Notes: generated by a model from the letters alone, not told the origin. 64,000 bases of DNA from Candidatus Lambdaproteobacteria bacterium RIFOXYD2_FULL_50_16 (GCA_001783695.1 MFNE01000043.1:77062-141061); one strand, 5' to 3'; positions 9,911 to 19,973 are shown, counted from the first letter of the stretch. Program-made: numbers and translations.

Positions 9911-10033
9911 CTGGGGCCTTTGAGGTCTAACTCCTTTTTACGGAACTTTGACTCCCTTGCCAAGGCAGAAGAAAAGGGGGCTGTCAATTTGCCCCTGGTC
10001 GAGGTACAAAAGGAACAAAACCGGAGCGAGGTT

Positions 10034-12751
10034 ATGGATTTAAAACAGTTGGGATTGCTCTTTTTGGGGTTGGGGTGGGCAGCCAGTTTGGCTGCTTTGC
10101 CGCTTGAACTGGACTCAGCCCAAGGTCTGGTGGAGGTGGAAGGGGCGGAGTTTTTTGAAGACGCTTCGGGAAGGCTTCAGGTCGAAGACCTAGACCTAAT
10201 TGATTTTAAAACCCCACCGGCGGCTCTAGTCACGCTTAGCCGCCGAACAAGCGAGGTGTCACCCCATCTGTGGGTCAGGTTGACCTTAAAAAACCTGGAG
10301 AACCAACAAGTCTCTTGGTTTGTTAATTTCAAAGACCCGATTGATAGTCCGGCCAAATTGTTTCAACTTGACCGTCTGGGCCAATATAACCAAACCAGCA
10401 GCCTGGGACAGGTGCCTTTTGCCAAAGACCAGGCGCTAGCTAGTCGCCCCTTTTTTTTAGTTTTGCTAGAGCCCAAGCAAACCCGCCAGTTGATGATTCG
10501 ACTGGTTTTGGAGCCCCGGTTTTACCAACAATCCCCGCGTTTTGAACTACTCACCCCCAAGGCCTGGGCCGAGGCCCGAGAATTGGGCCGGTTGGGTTTG
10601 GGGTTTTATTTAGGGATTGGCCTACTTTTGTTTTTGCTTTCCTTGATTGGCTGGCTTTGGTTAAAGGCCAAGGGATATGTTTATTACGCCTTGGCCATAT
10701 TGACCTTAGGCCTGGGGGAATGCTTTTGGACCGGTCAAGGACTGGATCTGATCAATGCCAACACCTTCCATCTTTACCCCGAACTCTGGGGGAATGTTTT
10801 TTTTATGGTGGGACTGTTTGCGCTGGGACTCTTTTGTTGGCGTGGGCTAGAGGTCAAAGGTGGTGAACGGGGCCGCGGGCTTTTGTTGCTTTTAGGGTTA
10901 CAATTTATCGCCTTGATTTTAGGGCCCGCCTATCATCTGTTGATTGATCCCAATTTCCAATGGATACCTATCCTAGTGGGCCTTAGTATCTTTGGTCTGG
11001 TTTTGGCCCTTTGGCGCGAGGGCCGCCGGGTGCAGGGGCTTTGGCCCTACATTGCGCCTTTGGGTTTGATTGGATTGGGATGGTTTTTAGGACTTTTACG
11101 TTGGCCTTTCGCCCCCTGGTTAATATTGGTGGCGCATGCTTGGGTTTTAGGCTTGTTTACGGTTCGCCTTTTTAACCGGCGAGAAGACCAGTTGATCCAT
11201 AAAATCAGATTGCTTGCCGAGGAAAATCGGCTACGGGACGAATACAACAATCGGCTTTTACAAAAACAACAGGCCCTAACAGCCGACCTCCTTTCGGCCC
11301 GTGCCCAAGCCGAAGAAGGGGCCCAAAGTAAGGGCGACCTCTTAGTCGCTTTGGCCAACCGGTTTTCAGTCCCGCTCACTAGGCTCCTTAATCAAAGCCG
11401 CCTCGCCCAATCCCAAAACGGTGGGCAGGCCCTTTTCGGGGTCGAACGAGAAGGCCAAGATTTACTTGCCCAACTAGGTGACCTCTTGGAATTCTCTAGG
11501 CTTTTAGGCCCCTTGCCTAAATATTTGGAAGCCTTTGACCCCAAGGCCGAATTAGAGCGGTGTATGGCCATGCATCAGGACGATTTGGAACGCCTGGGTA
11601 TCGTTGCCATTTTAGAAACATCAACGGGCATCCCACTTAAAGTGCGGCTTCCCAGAGGGCGGTTCGATCAGTTGGTATTAAGGCTTTTAGGAGAGGCTTT
11701 GGCCTTGACCGAAGGGGCCAGTCTGGAAGTCAACCTCGCCCTAGCTGGACCAGGGGAGCTGATTTTGTGTATCCAGCCAACTGGCCTTAAGTTAACCGAA
11801 GAAGAACTTGCCAGCCGCTTTGAACCCAGTCTTTCCAAAGCAGGCTTAGGGTTCTGTATTGCTAAAGGACTCGCTGAGGCCTTAGACGGGGAACTTTGGG
11901 TTCAAGACCAAATGGGGCTTAAGGTTTGTTGCCGTATCCCCTTTTTAGCGGGGCAGGCGGACCCTGGCCAACTTGGGCCTGACTTATGCGGGCAGGCTTG
12001 GTTGATTAGTGTCTCCAAATGGCGAGCCAAGCGATTAGGCGTGACCTTGCCCCGGTTGGGGGTATCTTTAGAATGGCTCGCCCCCGAACTGGCCTATGCT
12101 CGTCTAGCCCAAGGCGAGTGCCCGGACTGGATTCTACTAGACCAACTGATCCCTGACAGCAACCCGCCCTCTTGGATTAAAGGCCTTTCGGTTTTAGAGC
12201 TAGAGCGACCCCCCGCTTTGATCCAACTGAGCCAAAATCCTGAACTCATCGCCTTAGAGGCCGACGCCCTTGCCCAAGCCTTAAGTGCCAACACCCCGCC
12301 CCCAGGCCCTAGCCCAGAGCCCCAACGCGATTGGCCTCAAATGGCCGAGCGTTACCCAATGCGGGTGGTGGTCGCTGAAGACGATTTGGTTAGTCGTCTG
12401 CTGATCAAAACCGCTTTCGAAAAGTTAGGCTACCATCCACGAATCGCGGCCAACGGGAAAAAGCTTTTAGACCTACTCTTAAGCGACGACGCAGACTTGG
12501 TATTACTGGATATCCGTATGCCCGTGATGGACGGAATCGAGGCGGCCAAACGAATCCAGGAATTGTTCCCCAAGGCCCGCCGCCCGATTTTGGTCGCCTG
12601 TACCTCCAACGCCTTTTTGCCCGATTTGGAGCTTTACCGGTTGATTGGACTCGACGACCTCCTGGTCAAGCCGCTAATAGTCAACAATCTGGAGCGCCAA
12701 ATCGGCCAGTGGTATCAGAAGCTACTTTCCCGCAAGGGGGAAGATTTTTGA
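10034..12751 (+). CDS. 7TM-DISM hybrid sensor with degenerate HisKA/HATPase and intact C-terminal receiver
   Basis: GAGG SD before ATG 10034, signal peptide, DISM-like extracellular domain (LWVRLTLKN), ~7 TM helices and coiled coil. H-box reads ANRFSVPL (no His). Receiver motifs AEDD, LLDIRMP, ACTS, VKP. Confidence 0.8.
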   Translation: MDLKQLGLLFLGLGWAASLAALPLELDSAQGLVEVEGAEFFEDASGRLQVEDLDLIDFKTPPAALVTLSRRTSEVSPHLWVRLTLKNLENQQVSWFVNFKDPIDSPAKLFQLDRLGQYNQTSSLGQVPFAKDQALASRPFFLVLLEPKQTRQLMIRLVLEPRFYQQSPRFELLTPKAWAEARELGRLGLGFYLGIGLLLFLLSLIGWLWLKAKGYVYYALAILTLGLGECFWTGQGLDLINANTFHLYPELWGNVFFMVGLFALGLFCWRGLEVKGGERGRGLLLLLGLQFIALILGPAYHLLIDPNFQWIPILVGLSIFGLVLALWREGRRVQGLWPYIAPLGLIGLGWFLGLLRWPFAPWLILVAHAWVLGLFTVRLFNRREDQLIHKIRLLAEENRLRDEYNNRLLQKQQALTADLLSARAQAEEGAQSKGDLLVALANRFSVPLTRLLNQSRLAQSQNGGQALFGVEREGQDLLAQLGDLLEFSRLLGPLPKYLEAFDPKAELERCMAMHQDDLERLGIVAILETSTGIPLKVRLPRGRFDQLVLRLLGEALALTEGASLEVNLALAGPGELILCIQPTGLKLTEEELASRFEPSLSKAGLGFCIAKGLAEALDGELWVQDQMGLKVCCRIPFLAGQADPGQLGPDLCGQAWLISVSKWRAKRLGVTLPRLGVSLEWLAPELAYARLAQGECPDWILLDQLIPDSNPPSWIKGLSVLELERPPALIQLSQNPELIALEADALAQALSANTPPPGPSPEPQRDWPQMAERYPMRVVVAEDDLVSRLLIKTAFEKLGYHPRIAANGKKLLDLLLSDDADLVLLDIRMPVMDGIEAAKRIQELFPKARRPILVACTSNAFLPDLELYRLIGLDDLLVKPLIVNNLERQIGQWYQKLLSRKGEDF

Positions 12752-12833
12752 CCGATTTTACCCAAGACCCCCCTTGCACTTTGGCCCAACATAAGATTTA
12801 ATCGTTCCAATAAACCCTATTGGTAGTGAACTT

Positions 12834-14072
12834 ATGAACTCAAAAACCCTCCTTTTGGGCCTGTCCTGCTTGGCGATTTTCGTCCAGGGCTGCGCCGCGC
12901 CGGAGACCTCTTTGTTTAGCGTACAAAGGCCCGCCAAGATTGGCATGGATCCGAAGCTAAAAAAGATCTTTATTGACCCCAAAATGATTGACGACTCCCA
13001 AGATGGTTGGGGGGCCAAGCCTTATGTAATCGAACAACTCAAGGCGGCGATTGAAGAAGGCGGGCGGTATGAGGTGATTATTGGACCAGTGACCGGGGTG
13101 GACCCTAACCGCGAACCAGTCGCCTTAATCCAAGGCAAGGTGACCAGCCGCGAGGATTCGGAAGTGGGCCAGTTCACTGATATTGCCACCTGCCAAGGTG
13201 GCCTAGCGGGCTTTGCGGCGGGCGCTTCGGCGATCGAATCAGACCAAGGGGTTACCGTTAGTCCTAGGGGGTTGTTGTGCCGCAGTGGCAACGATACCAA
13301 GGCGGCCCTGGTTTCGGCCGGGGTGGGCATGGCCATGTCCATGATTTCTGGCGAAGAGCAGGCTGTTGACCCTGTCGATTCTGTGGTGCGTATCTATAAA
13401 TATCGTAACCTAAGCCTTTATGCGCAGATCGACCTGACCTTGACCTATTGGGGGGAAGAACGAAAAACCGTGGCGCTCCGTTCGGACGGGACCAGCTATT
13501 CTAAACACCTTTCTGACAAAGCGATCAACGTCCATTCGGCCTATTCGCCAGAAATGTTGGGCGCTTTAATCGCCCCGGTGTTCCCCTTGATGATCCGCCC
13601 CTTGGCCCTGGTTGAGGCCAGTAATCCAGGTGACCCGACCGGCCAGTGGGCTACTAGGGTAACCCGCAACGCCGATTCGGTGCCCAGAGAAGAACGGGTA
13701 GAGATTGCCAAAAAGATGGTTAAACGGGCGCTGCGCCCCTTTGTGGAAACCGTTACCCCTTATCCAGCCCAGGTTCGCGCCGAAGTAGCCGGTTCGGGGG
13801 AGGTCAAGGATTTATTACTTAAAGGCGACTGGCAAAAAGCCCGCGGGATTTTAGAAGCAAAAGACAAAAAAGACGCTTCCGACCTATATAATCTTGGCCT
13901 GACCTATGAAGCCGGAGCGAGCTCCGAAGGCGACTACATCGAGGCCCGCCGGTTGTACCTTGAGGCCCTGGCCCAAGACGAATCGAACCGCATTTACGCC
14001 CAAGGCGTAGGCCGTATGGAACGCGCCCTAAACGAAGCCAAATTACTTAAAAAACAAGGAGCAAAGGGATGA
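12834..14072 (+). CDS. Lipoprotein with C-terminal TPR (paralog 1 of 3)
   Basis: Lipobox VQG-C20, QRPAKIG motif, DLYNLGLTYEA TPR. Confidence 0.8.
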   Translation: MNSKTLLLGLSCLAIFVQGCAAPETSLFSVQRPAKIGMDPKLKKIFIDPKMIDDSQDGWGAKPYVIEQLKAAIEEGGRYEVIIGPVTGVDPNREPVALIQGKVTSREDSEVGQFTDIATCQGGLAGFAAGASAIESDQGVTVSPRGLLCRSGNDTKAALVSAGVGMAMSMISGEEQAVDPVDSVVRIYKYRNLSLYAQIDLTLTYWGEERKTVALRSDGTSYSKHLSDKAINVHSAYSPEMLGALIAPVFPLMIRPLALVEASNPGDPTGQWATRVTRNADSVPREERVEIAKKMVKRALRPFVETVTPYPAQVRAEVAGSGEVKDLLLKGDWQKARGILEAKDKKDASDLYNLGLTYEAGASSEGDYIEARRLYLEALAQDESNRIYAQGVGRMERALNEAKLLKKQGAKG

Positions 14073-15199
14073 AAAAGCTGCTGATACTGGCCTTTTTGGC
14101 CGTAAGCTTGGCCGCTTGCGCCCCCCAAGCTAAGTTAACCGTGCTACGCCCCGCCGAGGTGGACACCTCGGGGATTACCAAAGTCGCCGTTGGCCCCTTA
14201 GAGGTGGCTCAAATGCGGCTGGTGCGTTCAGTGGAGCGCAACGGGGTCTGGAAAGAGGAGGCCCTGCTTTTATCAGACACGCAAAAAAAATCACTGGCCC
14301 AACAAATCCGGGCCCAAGTGATTGGCCAACTAGCTAAAAGCCCTAGTTTCGAACTGGTCTATACCGACGAATTCGCCCAACTCGAAAACGATCAAAAGCT
14401 TCAAGATGTGATCGGCGCAGCCGGGTACAAGGTCAAAGAGGCCCAAGCGGTTATCAGTGGCAAGGTCTGGGTTGAGGTGGACCATGTTGATGGGTCCGAT
14501 ATATTAGAGCAGGACTTGAGCTTTATTTCGGGTGGGAAAGGTAGCATCAGTATTTCAGTAGAAAAATTGGTTTGGTGGCCCTATAAATCAATCCGGGGCA
14601 ATTTGACCTTGCAACTCAAAATGACCCAAATCCAGCCGACCCAGGTTTTGGTGGTTTCCAATGAGTCGCGCCGTTTTGCCCAACGCATTGGCGGGGCCCC
14701 TCTGGGCGGGTTTGATAAACTCAACCAAATAGCCTCCGATCTGACCGCCGGAGCGGGCGACGACGAGGACCGCTTTAACGTGGTACAGGGCGATCAGTTG
14801 GTCCTGCCCGGCTTTGAACAGCTTCTAGGCAGTCTAGCCGGTTCGATTACCACCGATTTTGCCCGCAAGGTCGCCATCACCGAAACCCAATTGGCGCTGC
14901 CAGTGGCAACTGGTGGAGACCCTAGAGGTAAACTTTTAGTCGAAGCCGGGGCTTATGAAATGGCCATCGACCATCTGCAAAAACTCACCGCCCAAGAGCC
15001 CAAGGATCAAGACCTTTATAATTTGGGGCTGGCCTTCGAGGCGTTAGGCGAAATTGGATTGGCACGAATTCAATACCGCCAAGCGTTTGAAAAAGACCAA
15101 GCGAATCCGCTATACGCGCTGGGATTGGGCCGATTGGAACGTAACGTCCGCGAACGCCCGGCGTTAAAAAAACAACTTTCTGCTAAAGAGGGCAAATGA
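14069..15199 (+). CDS. Lipoprotein with C-terminal TPR (paralog 2 of 3)
   Basis: Lipobox LAA-C17, LRPAEVD motif, DLYNLGLAFEA. ATGA overlap with the previous gene. Confidence 0.8.
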   Translation: MKKLLILAFLAVSLAACAPQAKLTVLRPAEVDTSGITKVAVGPLEVAQMRLVRSVERNGVWKEEALLLSDTQKKSLAQQIRAQVIGQLAKSPSFELVYTDEFAQLENDQKLQDVIGAAGYKVKEAQAVISGKVWVEVDHVDGSDILEQDLSFISGGKGSISISVEKLVWWPYKSIRGNLTLQLKMTQIQPTQVLVVSNESRRFAQRIGGAPLGGFDKLNQIASDLTAGAGDDEDRFNVVQGDQLVLPGFEQLLGSLAGSITTDFARKVAITETQLALPVATGGDPRGKLLVEAGAYEMAIDHLQKLTAQEPKDQDLYNLGLAFEALGEIGLARIQYRQAFEKDQANPLYALGLGRLERNVRERPALKKQLSAKEGK

Positions 15200-16332
15200 G
15201 ACGGACCCTAATTTGGTTGACCGGCTTGGCACTCTTGACTGCCGGTTGTGGCCCAGATCTGACGATTTATTCGACCCGCCCCGGCGAACTGGGGATCGAG
15301 GGCATTGATAATTTAGTGGTGGGCGAATTCAAAGACCAGCTAGGAGCGCCGGTCACCCCTCCTGGCGACGGCGCTCCCTTTGTGGCCAACCGCCCGCTGG
15401 CTCTTTTAGTTAAGTCTGAGGTGGCCAAGGGTTTGTCCAAAAGTGGGGACTACCGGATTTTGCCTAGTTTGAATGTGGGCGAATTACAAGGCCGCCAGCC
15501 TGAATTGGCCAAAACTGCGGTCTTGAGTGCCGAAGTGCGTTACTATGAGCTCGACTACCGTGGTTATGATGATATTTTGTACGTCTTAATGGCCCGAAAC
15601 AATGGTAAAGACCTGATGGACAGCTTAGGCAACGCCGCCATCGGCGCGGGCATTGCCGCCGCCGCAGAGGCGGCAGGCAAAGGGTTTAAGGTCCCCACCC
15701 CATTGGTCGAGCGGGCCGGAGCCTTAGAGGTCACCTTTCATTTAACCAAGGCCAGCGATGGTTCTAAATTAGTGGAACCGGTCACCAAGTGGGCGTATTG
15801 GCACAAAAAATGGGGCGGAGACGAATCAAAAAGCCAATTGGACCCAGCCCTCGTCGAGGGATTTGAAAAAAAGGGTTTGGCTCAAGTAGGCTTTTCCGAC
15901 AAATTGGCCGACACCAAGGAGCGGGTGCAACTTAAGTACAGCAACCCCGATGAATACGTCGCTCTTGGGCTCCATCTGGCTGATTCGGAAAAGGTGCCAC
16001 TCTTGGATCTAGACATCGAAAACCTGCTCGCCCAAAGCGCCGCCCAGGACTATGTTAAGCTCATCGCCCGCCATCACGTCCCGGCCAAGTTGGACTTGGC
16101 TTCGGGCGACGCTGGCGCGGTCGCCTTGATCAAGGGTGGAGCCTATAACGAGGCGATCAACCGCCTAGAGGGCTTACCTAGCCCCTTGGCCGCTGCGGAC
16201 CTATACAATCTGGGCCTCGCCTACGAAGCGAACGGCGAATTCGCCCAAGCCCGCCGCAACTACCAAATGGGCCTAGATCAAGACCCCAACGCCTCCAGCT
16301 TTAAGGCGGCCATGGAGCGGGTTAAGCACTAA
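15196..16332 (+). CDS. Lipoprotein with C-terminal TPR (paralog 3 of 3)
   Basis: Lipobox TAG-C18, TRPGELG motif, DLYNLGLAYEA. ATGA overlap with the previous gene. Confidence 0.8.
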   Translation: MRRTLIWLTGLALLTAGCGPDLTIYSTRPGELGIEGIDNLVVGEFKDQLGAPVTPPGDGAPFVANRPLALLVKSEVAKGLSKSGDYRILPSLNVGELQGRQPELAKTAVLSAEVRYYELDYRGYDDILYVLMARNNGKDLMDSLGNAAIGAGIAAAAEAAGKGFKVPTPLVERAGALEVTFHLTKASDGSKLVEPVTKWAYWHKKWGGDESKSQLDPALVEGFEKKGLAQVGFSDKLADTKERVQLKYSNPDEYVALGLHLADSEKVPLLDLDIENLLAQSAAQDYVKLIARHHVPAKLDLASGDAGAVALIKGGAYNEAINRLEGLPSPLAAADLYNLGLAYEANGEFAQARRNYQMGLDQDPNASSFKAAMERVKH

Positions 16333-16343
16333 TAACCCCCCTA

Positions 16344-16364
16344 GGTCGCCAGGGTTTGGCGACC
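16344..16364 (+). terminator. Stem-loop after the lipoprotein operon
   Basis: GGTCGCCA-gggtt-TGGCGACC perfect 8-bp stem 11 nt after the stop. No U-tract. Confidence 0.45.
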
Positions 16365-16517
16365 CGCTGGGTAGGATTAAAAAGGGGGGTATTGGGCTGT
16401 TAAAAGGTACCGCTCTTTTTTCTTGACTTGTGCCTCCGATAAGGTCCAAATTGGCTGCTTAACATTGCCACGCCATCCCGGCTGGGCCTGTCTATAAACC
16501 TCTATCCCCCGCAGTAC

Positions 16518-18293
16518 ATGACTACCCAAAATCTATCCAAACTCGACACCCAAGTCACCTTCCTAGAGGAAGATATTGATTTTGACGCCCTCATTGAGGC
16601 CGGTCTGGCCAATATGAATGAGGCCGAAATCGTTCACGGCAAGGTCACCAAGATCGGTAAAGACTTTGTTACGGTTGACTTTGGCTACAAGTCCGAAGGG
16701 CAAATCCCTCGGGCTGAATTTTTCGACCTAGAAGGCAACTTTGTGGCCACTTTAGGCGAAGACGTCGAGATTTACATCGAACGCTTTGAAGATGAAGACG
16801 GCCAAGTTGTGGTCTCTAAAGAAAAAGCGGTTAAACTGCGGGTTTGGGAAGACGTCGGCACTGTATTCGACAAAGAAGGCACCGTTTCGGGTATTATTAC
16901 GGCCCGCATCAAAGGTGGTCTCTCGGTTGATATCGGGATCAAGGCCTTTTTGCCGGGTTCACAAGTGGACCTGCGGCCAGTTCGCAACCTAGACAAATTG
17001 ATCGGCGAACGCTTCGATTTCAAAATCCTCAAGTACAACCCCAAGCGCGGCAACATCGTGCTTTCGCGGCGCGCCATTTTGGAAGCCGACCGCGCAGAAC
17101 AGCGCAAGAAGACTTTGGAACTGTTGACCGAAGGCGCTTTGATCAAAGGGCACGTCAAAAACATCACCGATTACGGTATCTTCGTGGACCTAGGCGGCGT
17201 CGATGGTTTATTGCACATCACCGACATGACCTGGGGCCGAATCGTTCACCCCTCGGAAATGTATGCCATTGGTGACGAGATCGAGGTTTTGGTACTCAAG
17301 TTTGACGAAAAAGAAGAAAAGGTCAGCCTTGGGCTCAAGCAAAAAAGCAAAAATCCCTGGGACCTGGTTGCCGAGCGTTACCCAGTGGGCACCGAAGTCG
17401 AAGGCAAGGTGGTCAGCTTAACCAACTACGGCGCCTTTATCGAGATCGAAGAAGGGGTCGAAGGTTTGATCCACGTTTCCGAAATGTCTTGGACCAAAAA
17501 GGTTCGCCAGCCCTCAAGCGTGGTTAACCTTGGCGAGAGCATCTCGGCGGTGATCAAGGAATTGGATGTTGAAAATCGCCGGATTAGCCTTTCGATGAAA
17601 GAAGCTATGTCCAACCCCTGGCGCGAAGTGGCTGAATCGCGGCCTACGGGCTCGATTGTTACGGGCACCGTCCGCAACATCACCGACTTCGGCGTCTTTG
17701 TTGGCCTCGACGAAGGGATCGACGGTTTGGTGCATGTTAGCGACATGAGCTGGTCTCAACGGCAGCGAAATCCCCACGACCTATACAAAAAAGGCGACGA
17801 GATCGAGGTTAAAATCCTCAATATCGACGTGGAGAATCAGCGGCTTAGCTTGGGTATTAAGCAGATGGAAGAAGATCCCTGGGAATCGATTGACGAATTT
17901 TTCCGCGATGGCGACATCGTTGTGGGCGAGGTAGTCCACCTAGCCGACTTTGGAGTTTTTGTAGAAATCAAAGATGGGGTCGAAGGCTTGATCCATGTGC
18001 AAGACATGGACAAAGAAGTGGCCAAGAAGTCGTTGGGTAAATTCTACCCCATTGGCAGCCATGTCGAAGCCCGGGTTTCGAGTATCAAAGCTGCCGAACG
18101 TAGGTTGGCCTTGAGCATTACTGGGTTGGTTTCAACTGAAGGCGCGGTCACTCCTGTAAGCGAATTGATGGACGAAGCCGCTCTTAAGGCTCATATCGAA
18201 GCCTACGGCCCACCGCCAGTCAAAAAAGTAACCATTGTTGAGTCGAGTGACAACGAAGGTGAAAACGCTGCTGAAGGTAACGAAGAAGCGTAA
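16518..18293 (+). CDS. rpsA: 30S ribosomal protein S1
   Basis: Six S1 repeats (GYKSEG, AFLPGSQVD, ITDYGIFVDLGGVDGLLH, GVEGLIHVSEMSW, etc.). Confidence 0.98.
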   Translation: MTTQNLSKLDTQVTFLEEDIDFDALIEAGLANMNEAEIVHGKVTKIGKDFVTVDFGYKSEGQIPRAEFFDLEGNFVATLGEDVEIYIERFEDEDGQVVVSKEKAVKLRVWEDVGTVFDKEGTVSGIITARIKGGLSVDIGIKAFLPGSQVDLRPVRNLDKLIGERFDFKILKYNPKRGNIVLSRRAILEADRAEQRKKTLELLTEGALIKGHVKNITDYGIFVDLGGVDGLLHITDMTWGRIVHPSEMYAIGDEIEVLVLKFDEKEEKVSLGLKQKSKNPWDLVAERYPVGTEVEGKVVSLTNYGAFIEIEEGVEGLIHVSEMSWTKKVRQPSSVVNLGESISAVIKELDVENRRISLSMKEAMSNPWREVAESRPTGSIVTGTVRNITDFGVFVGLDEGIDGLVHVSDMSWSQRQRNPHDLYKKGDEIEVKILNIDVENQRLSLGIKQMEEDPWESIDEFFRDGDIVVGEVVHLADFGVFVEIKDGVEGLIHVQDMDKEVAKKSLGKFYPIGSHVEARVSSIKAAERRLALSITGLVSTEGAVTPVSELMDEAALKAHIEAYGPPPVKKVTIVESSDNEGENAAEGNEEA

Positions 18294-18301
18294 TCCATCC
18301 T

Positions 18302-18361
18302 AGGACCGAGCTAGCCTCGGTCCTCTGGTCAAACCAAACCGGCCTTTACCGCTGGTTTGGT
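18302..18361 (+). terminator. Tandem stem-loops after rpsA
   Basis: AGGACCGAG-ctagc-CTCGGTCCT (18302-18324) and ACCAAACCGGC...GCTGGTTTGGT (18333-18361). Confidence 0.55.
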
Positions 18362-18785
18362 CCTTCCCCCCTAAAGATAAGCCTGCTGACTGGATTGTTT
18401 TTAGCCAAAGAAGCAAAACCGAGCCCTTGCAATTTTATTGCGGCGTCCTGCTATCGGGACCCATTGGTTAGTACCAAAAACGTACCTATTAGACTTTACT
18501 GATTTGATTGGTCTGACCAGGACCCCTTTTTTTTAAACAGAAAACCCTTGTCTGATACCCTTTGAGCCTAGTCCGTGTATATTTGGCTAGGTTTGCCTGG
18601 GTCATAAACTATTTTAAGGTGGACCGTTCTGGGGGCCCAGGTGCCCGCTTCTCGCTTGGCCAAGCAAAAAAATACCTTCCCCCCAATCAAACAAAACCGA
18701 TGATTTTCAGACAAAGACGCGGTAACCTGACTTTATCGTCGGTCCACCGCCAGCCCAAGTTTAATTAAACTATCCCCAACATTCC

Positions 18786-19973
18786 ATGCCCAAGACTGTT
18801 GCCTTGACTCTGCCCACCCAGCCCGATTTAGTCCAAGCTCCCCCGCTCCCCTCTGTCCCAACCCTTTTTGAGGGCTTATGCACTTGTTGGGGGCGGAAAA
18901 GTTGGTTGGTGTTGACGTTGCTGATTTTTGGGGGGAGTCTGCCGGCATTGGCTTATCCCACTGATTGGGTTCAGGTTGCTCAAGCGGAAGCGCCAGTTGA
19001 AGCGGTTTCAACAGAGGAGAACCCGGCCCTGGAACCGACCAGTGAGGAGCAAGCGATTACTCCTGCAGCAGAAAATGCGGAATCCGGGGCCATGGCTATT
19101 GAACCAGTTGAGCCTGAGTCCTCCCAAGGGGTCGAGTTACAAGCTGACCCAGCCCCAGGGGCCGAAAGTGAGCCCACCTTAGAGGCAGAACCATCAACCA
19201 CCCCTGACGCTACTGATGAGGCGAGCAATCCAGAGCTGCCCAATTCAGCACCAGAGTCAGATCCCGAAGCTGAAGAGGCAACTTCAGAAGAATTTGTCGA
19301 TGACCCCGCCCAAGCCCAAGTGATAGCCACTCTGCCCCAGAGGTTAGGTATTATCTATTATGATCAAAGCATTAAAACCAACTACCCAGATCCTTTAAAA
19401 GCCTTCACTGCCCCTCGCGAACAAGCGGTATTTGCTGCCGCCGAAGACCCAGACGGGCGGATGAGCCTTACCTTTATCAATTGCCATGGCTTTTTGCAGG
19501 CTCGCCAAGCAGGGATGAATCCCCAAACAGCGCTGGACCAACAGGTCTTAAGCGCCTATGGCGACTGCCTTTTGCTTTGGGCGTTAAGCCGGGCCAAAGC
19601 CCCTGAGGTGGGGTTGCCTGATCTGCACTTAGGTGAGTTTCTTTTAAAAGACTTAGATGTCAGCCCCTTGCCTCGCTTTCATGCAGCTGGATTGGACCAT
19701 TTAGAGCAGTGGGCCCAAGAGACCGGCGGATCCGCTAAAAGCCACGCCGAGGGCCTAGAACTGGCTTCAGGGGAGCAAAAATTTGCACTTCGCCTATTAG
19801 TAAATGCCGACTTCACCGGAGATGGTCGGGCCGACCTTTTGGCTGAAGCCCAGTGGCCCGATGGTGGTCGTGAATATTGGCTAATCGAGTTTCACGAACC
19901 CTTACCCCAGGGCCCTCCAACCCCCCACCGACTCTGGCCTTTAGCCGAATTCGAAGCCCAGAACTCCCGTTAG
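18786..19973 (+). CDS. Hypothetical exported protein with acidic low-complexity linker
   Basis: Hydrophobic signal/TM segment ending ALA, then an E/P/A/S-rich region of ~110 aa and a globular C-terminus with ADFTGDGRADLL (DxxGDGxxD Ca-binding-like). Start uncertain. Confidence 0.65.
   Translation: MPKTVALTLPTQPDLVQAPPLPSVPTLFEGLCTCWGRKSWLVLTLLIFGGSLPALAYPTDWVQVAQAEAPVEAVSTEENPALEPTSEEQAITPAAENAESGAMAIEPVEPESSQGVELQADPAPGAESEPTLEAEPSTTPDATDEASNPELPNSAPESDPEAEEATSEEFVDDPAQAQVIATLPQRLGIIYYDQSIKTNYPDPLKAFTAPREQAVFAAAEDPDGRMSLTFINCHGFLQARQAGMNPQTALDQQVLSAYGDCLLLWALSRAKAPEVGLPDLHLGEFLLKDLDVSPLPRFHAAGLDHLEQWAQETGGSAKSHAEGLELASGEQKFALRLLVNADFTGDGRADLLAEAQWPDGGREYWLIEFHEPLPQGPPTPHRLWPLAEFEAQNSR

Noticed and set aside
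9920..10033. N-terminal 38 codons of the 943-aa ORF
   Set aside because: The TTG start is 10 nt from the divergent polA start. The ATG at 10034 has an SD and begins a signal peptide.
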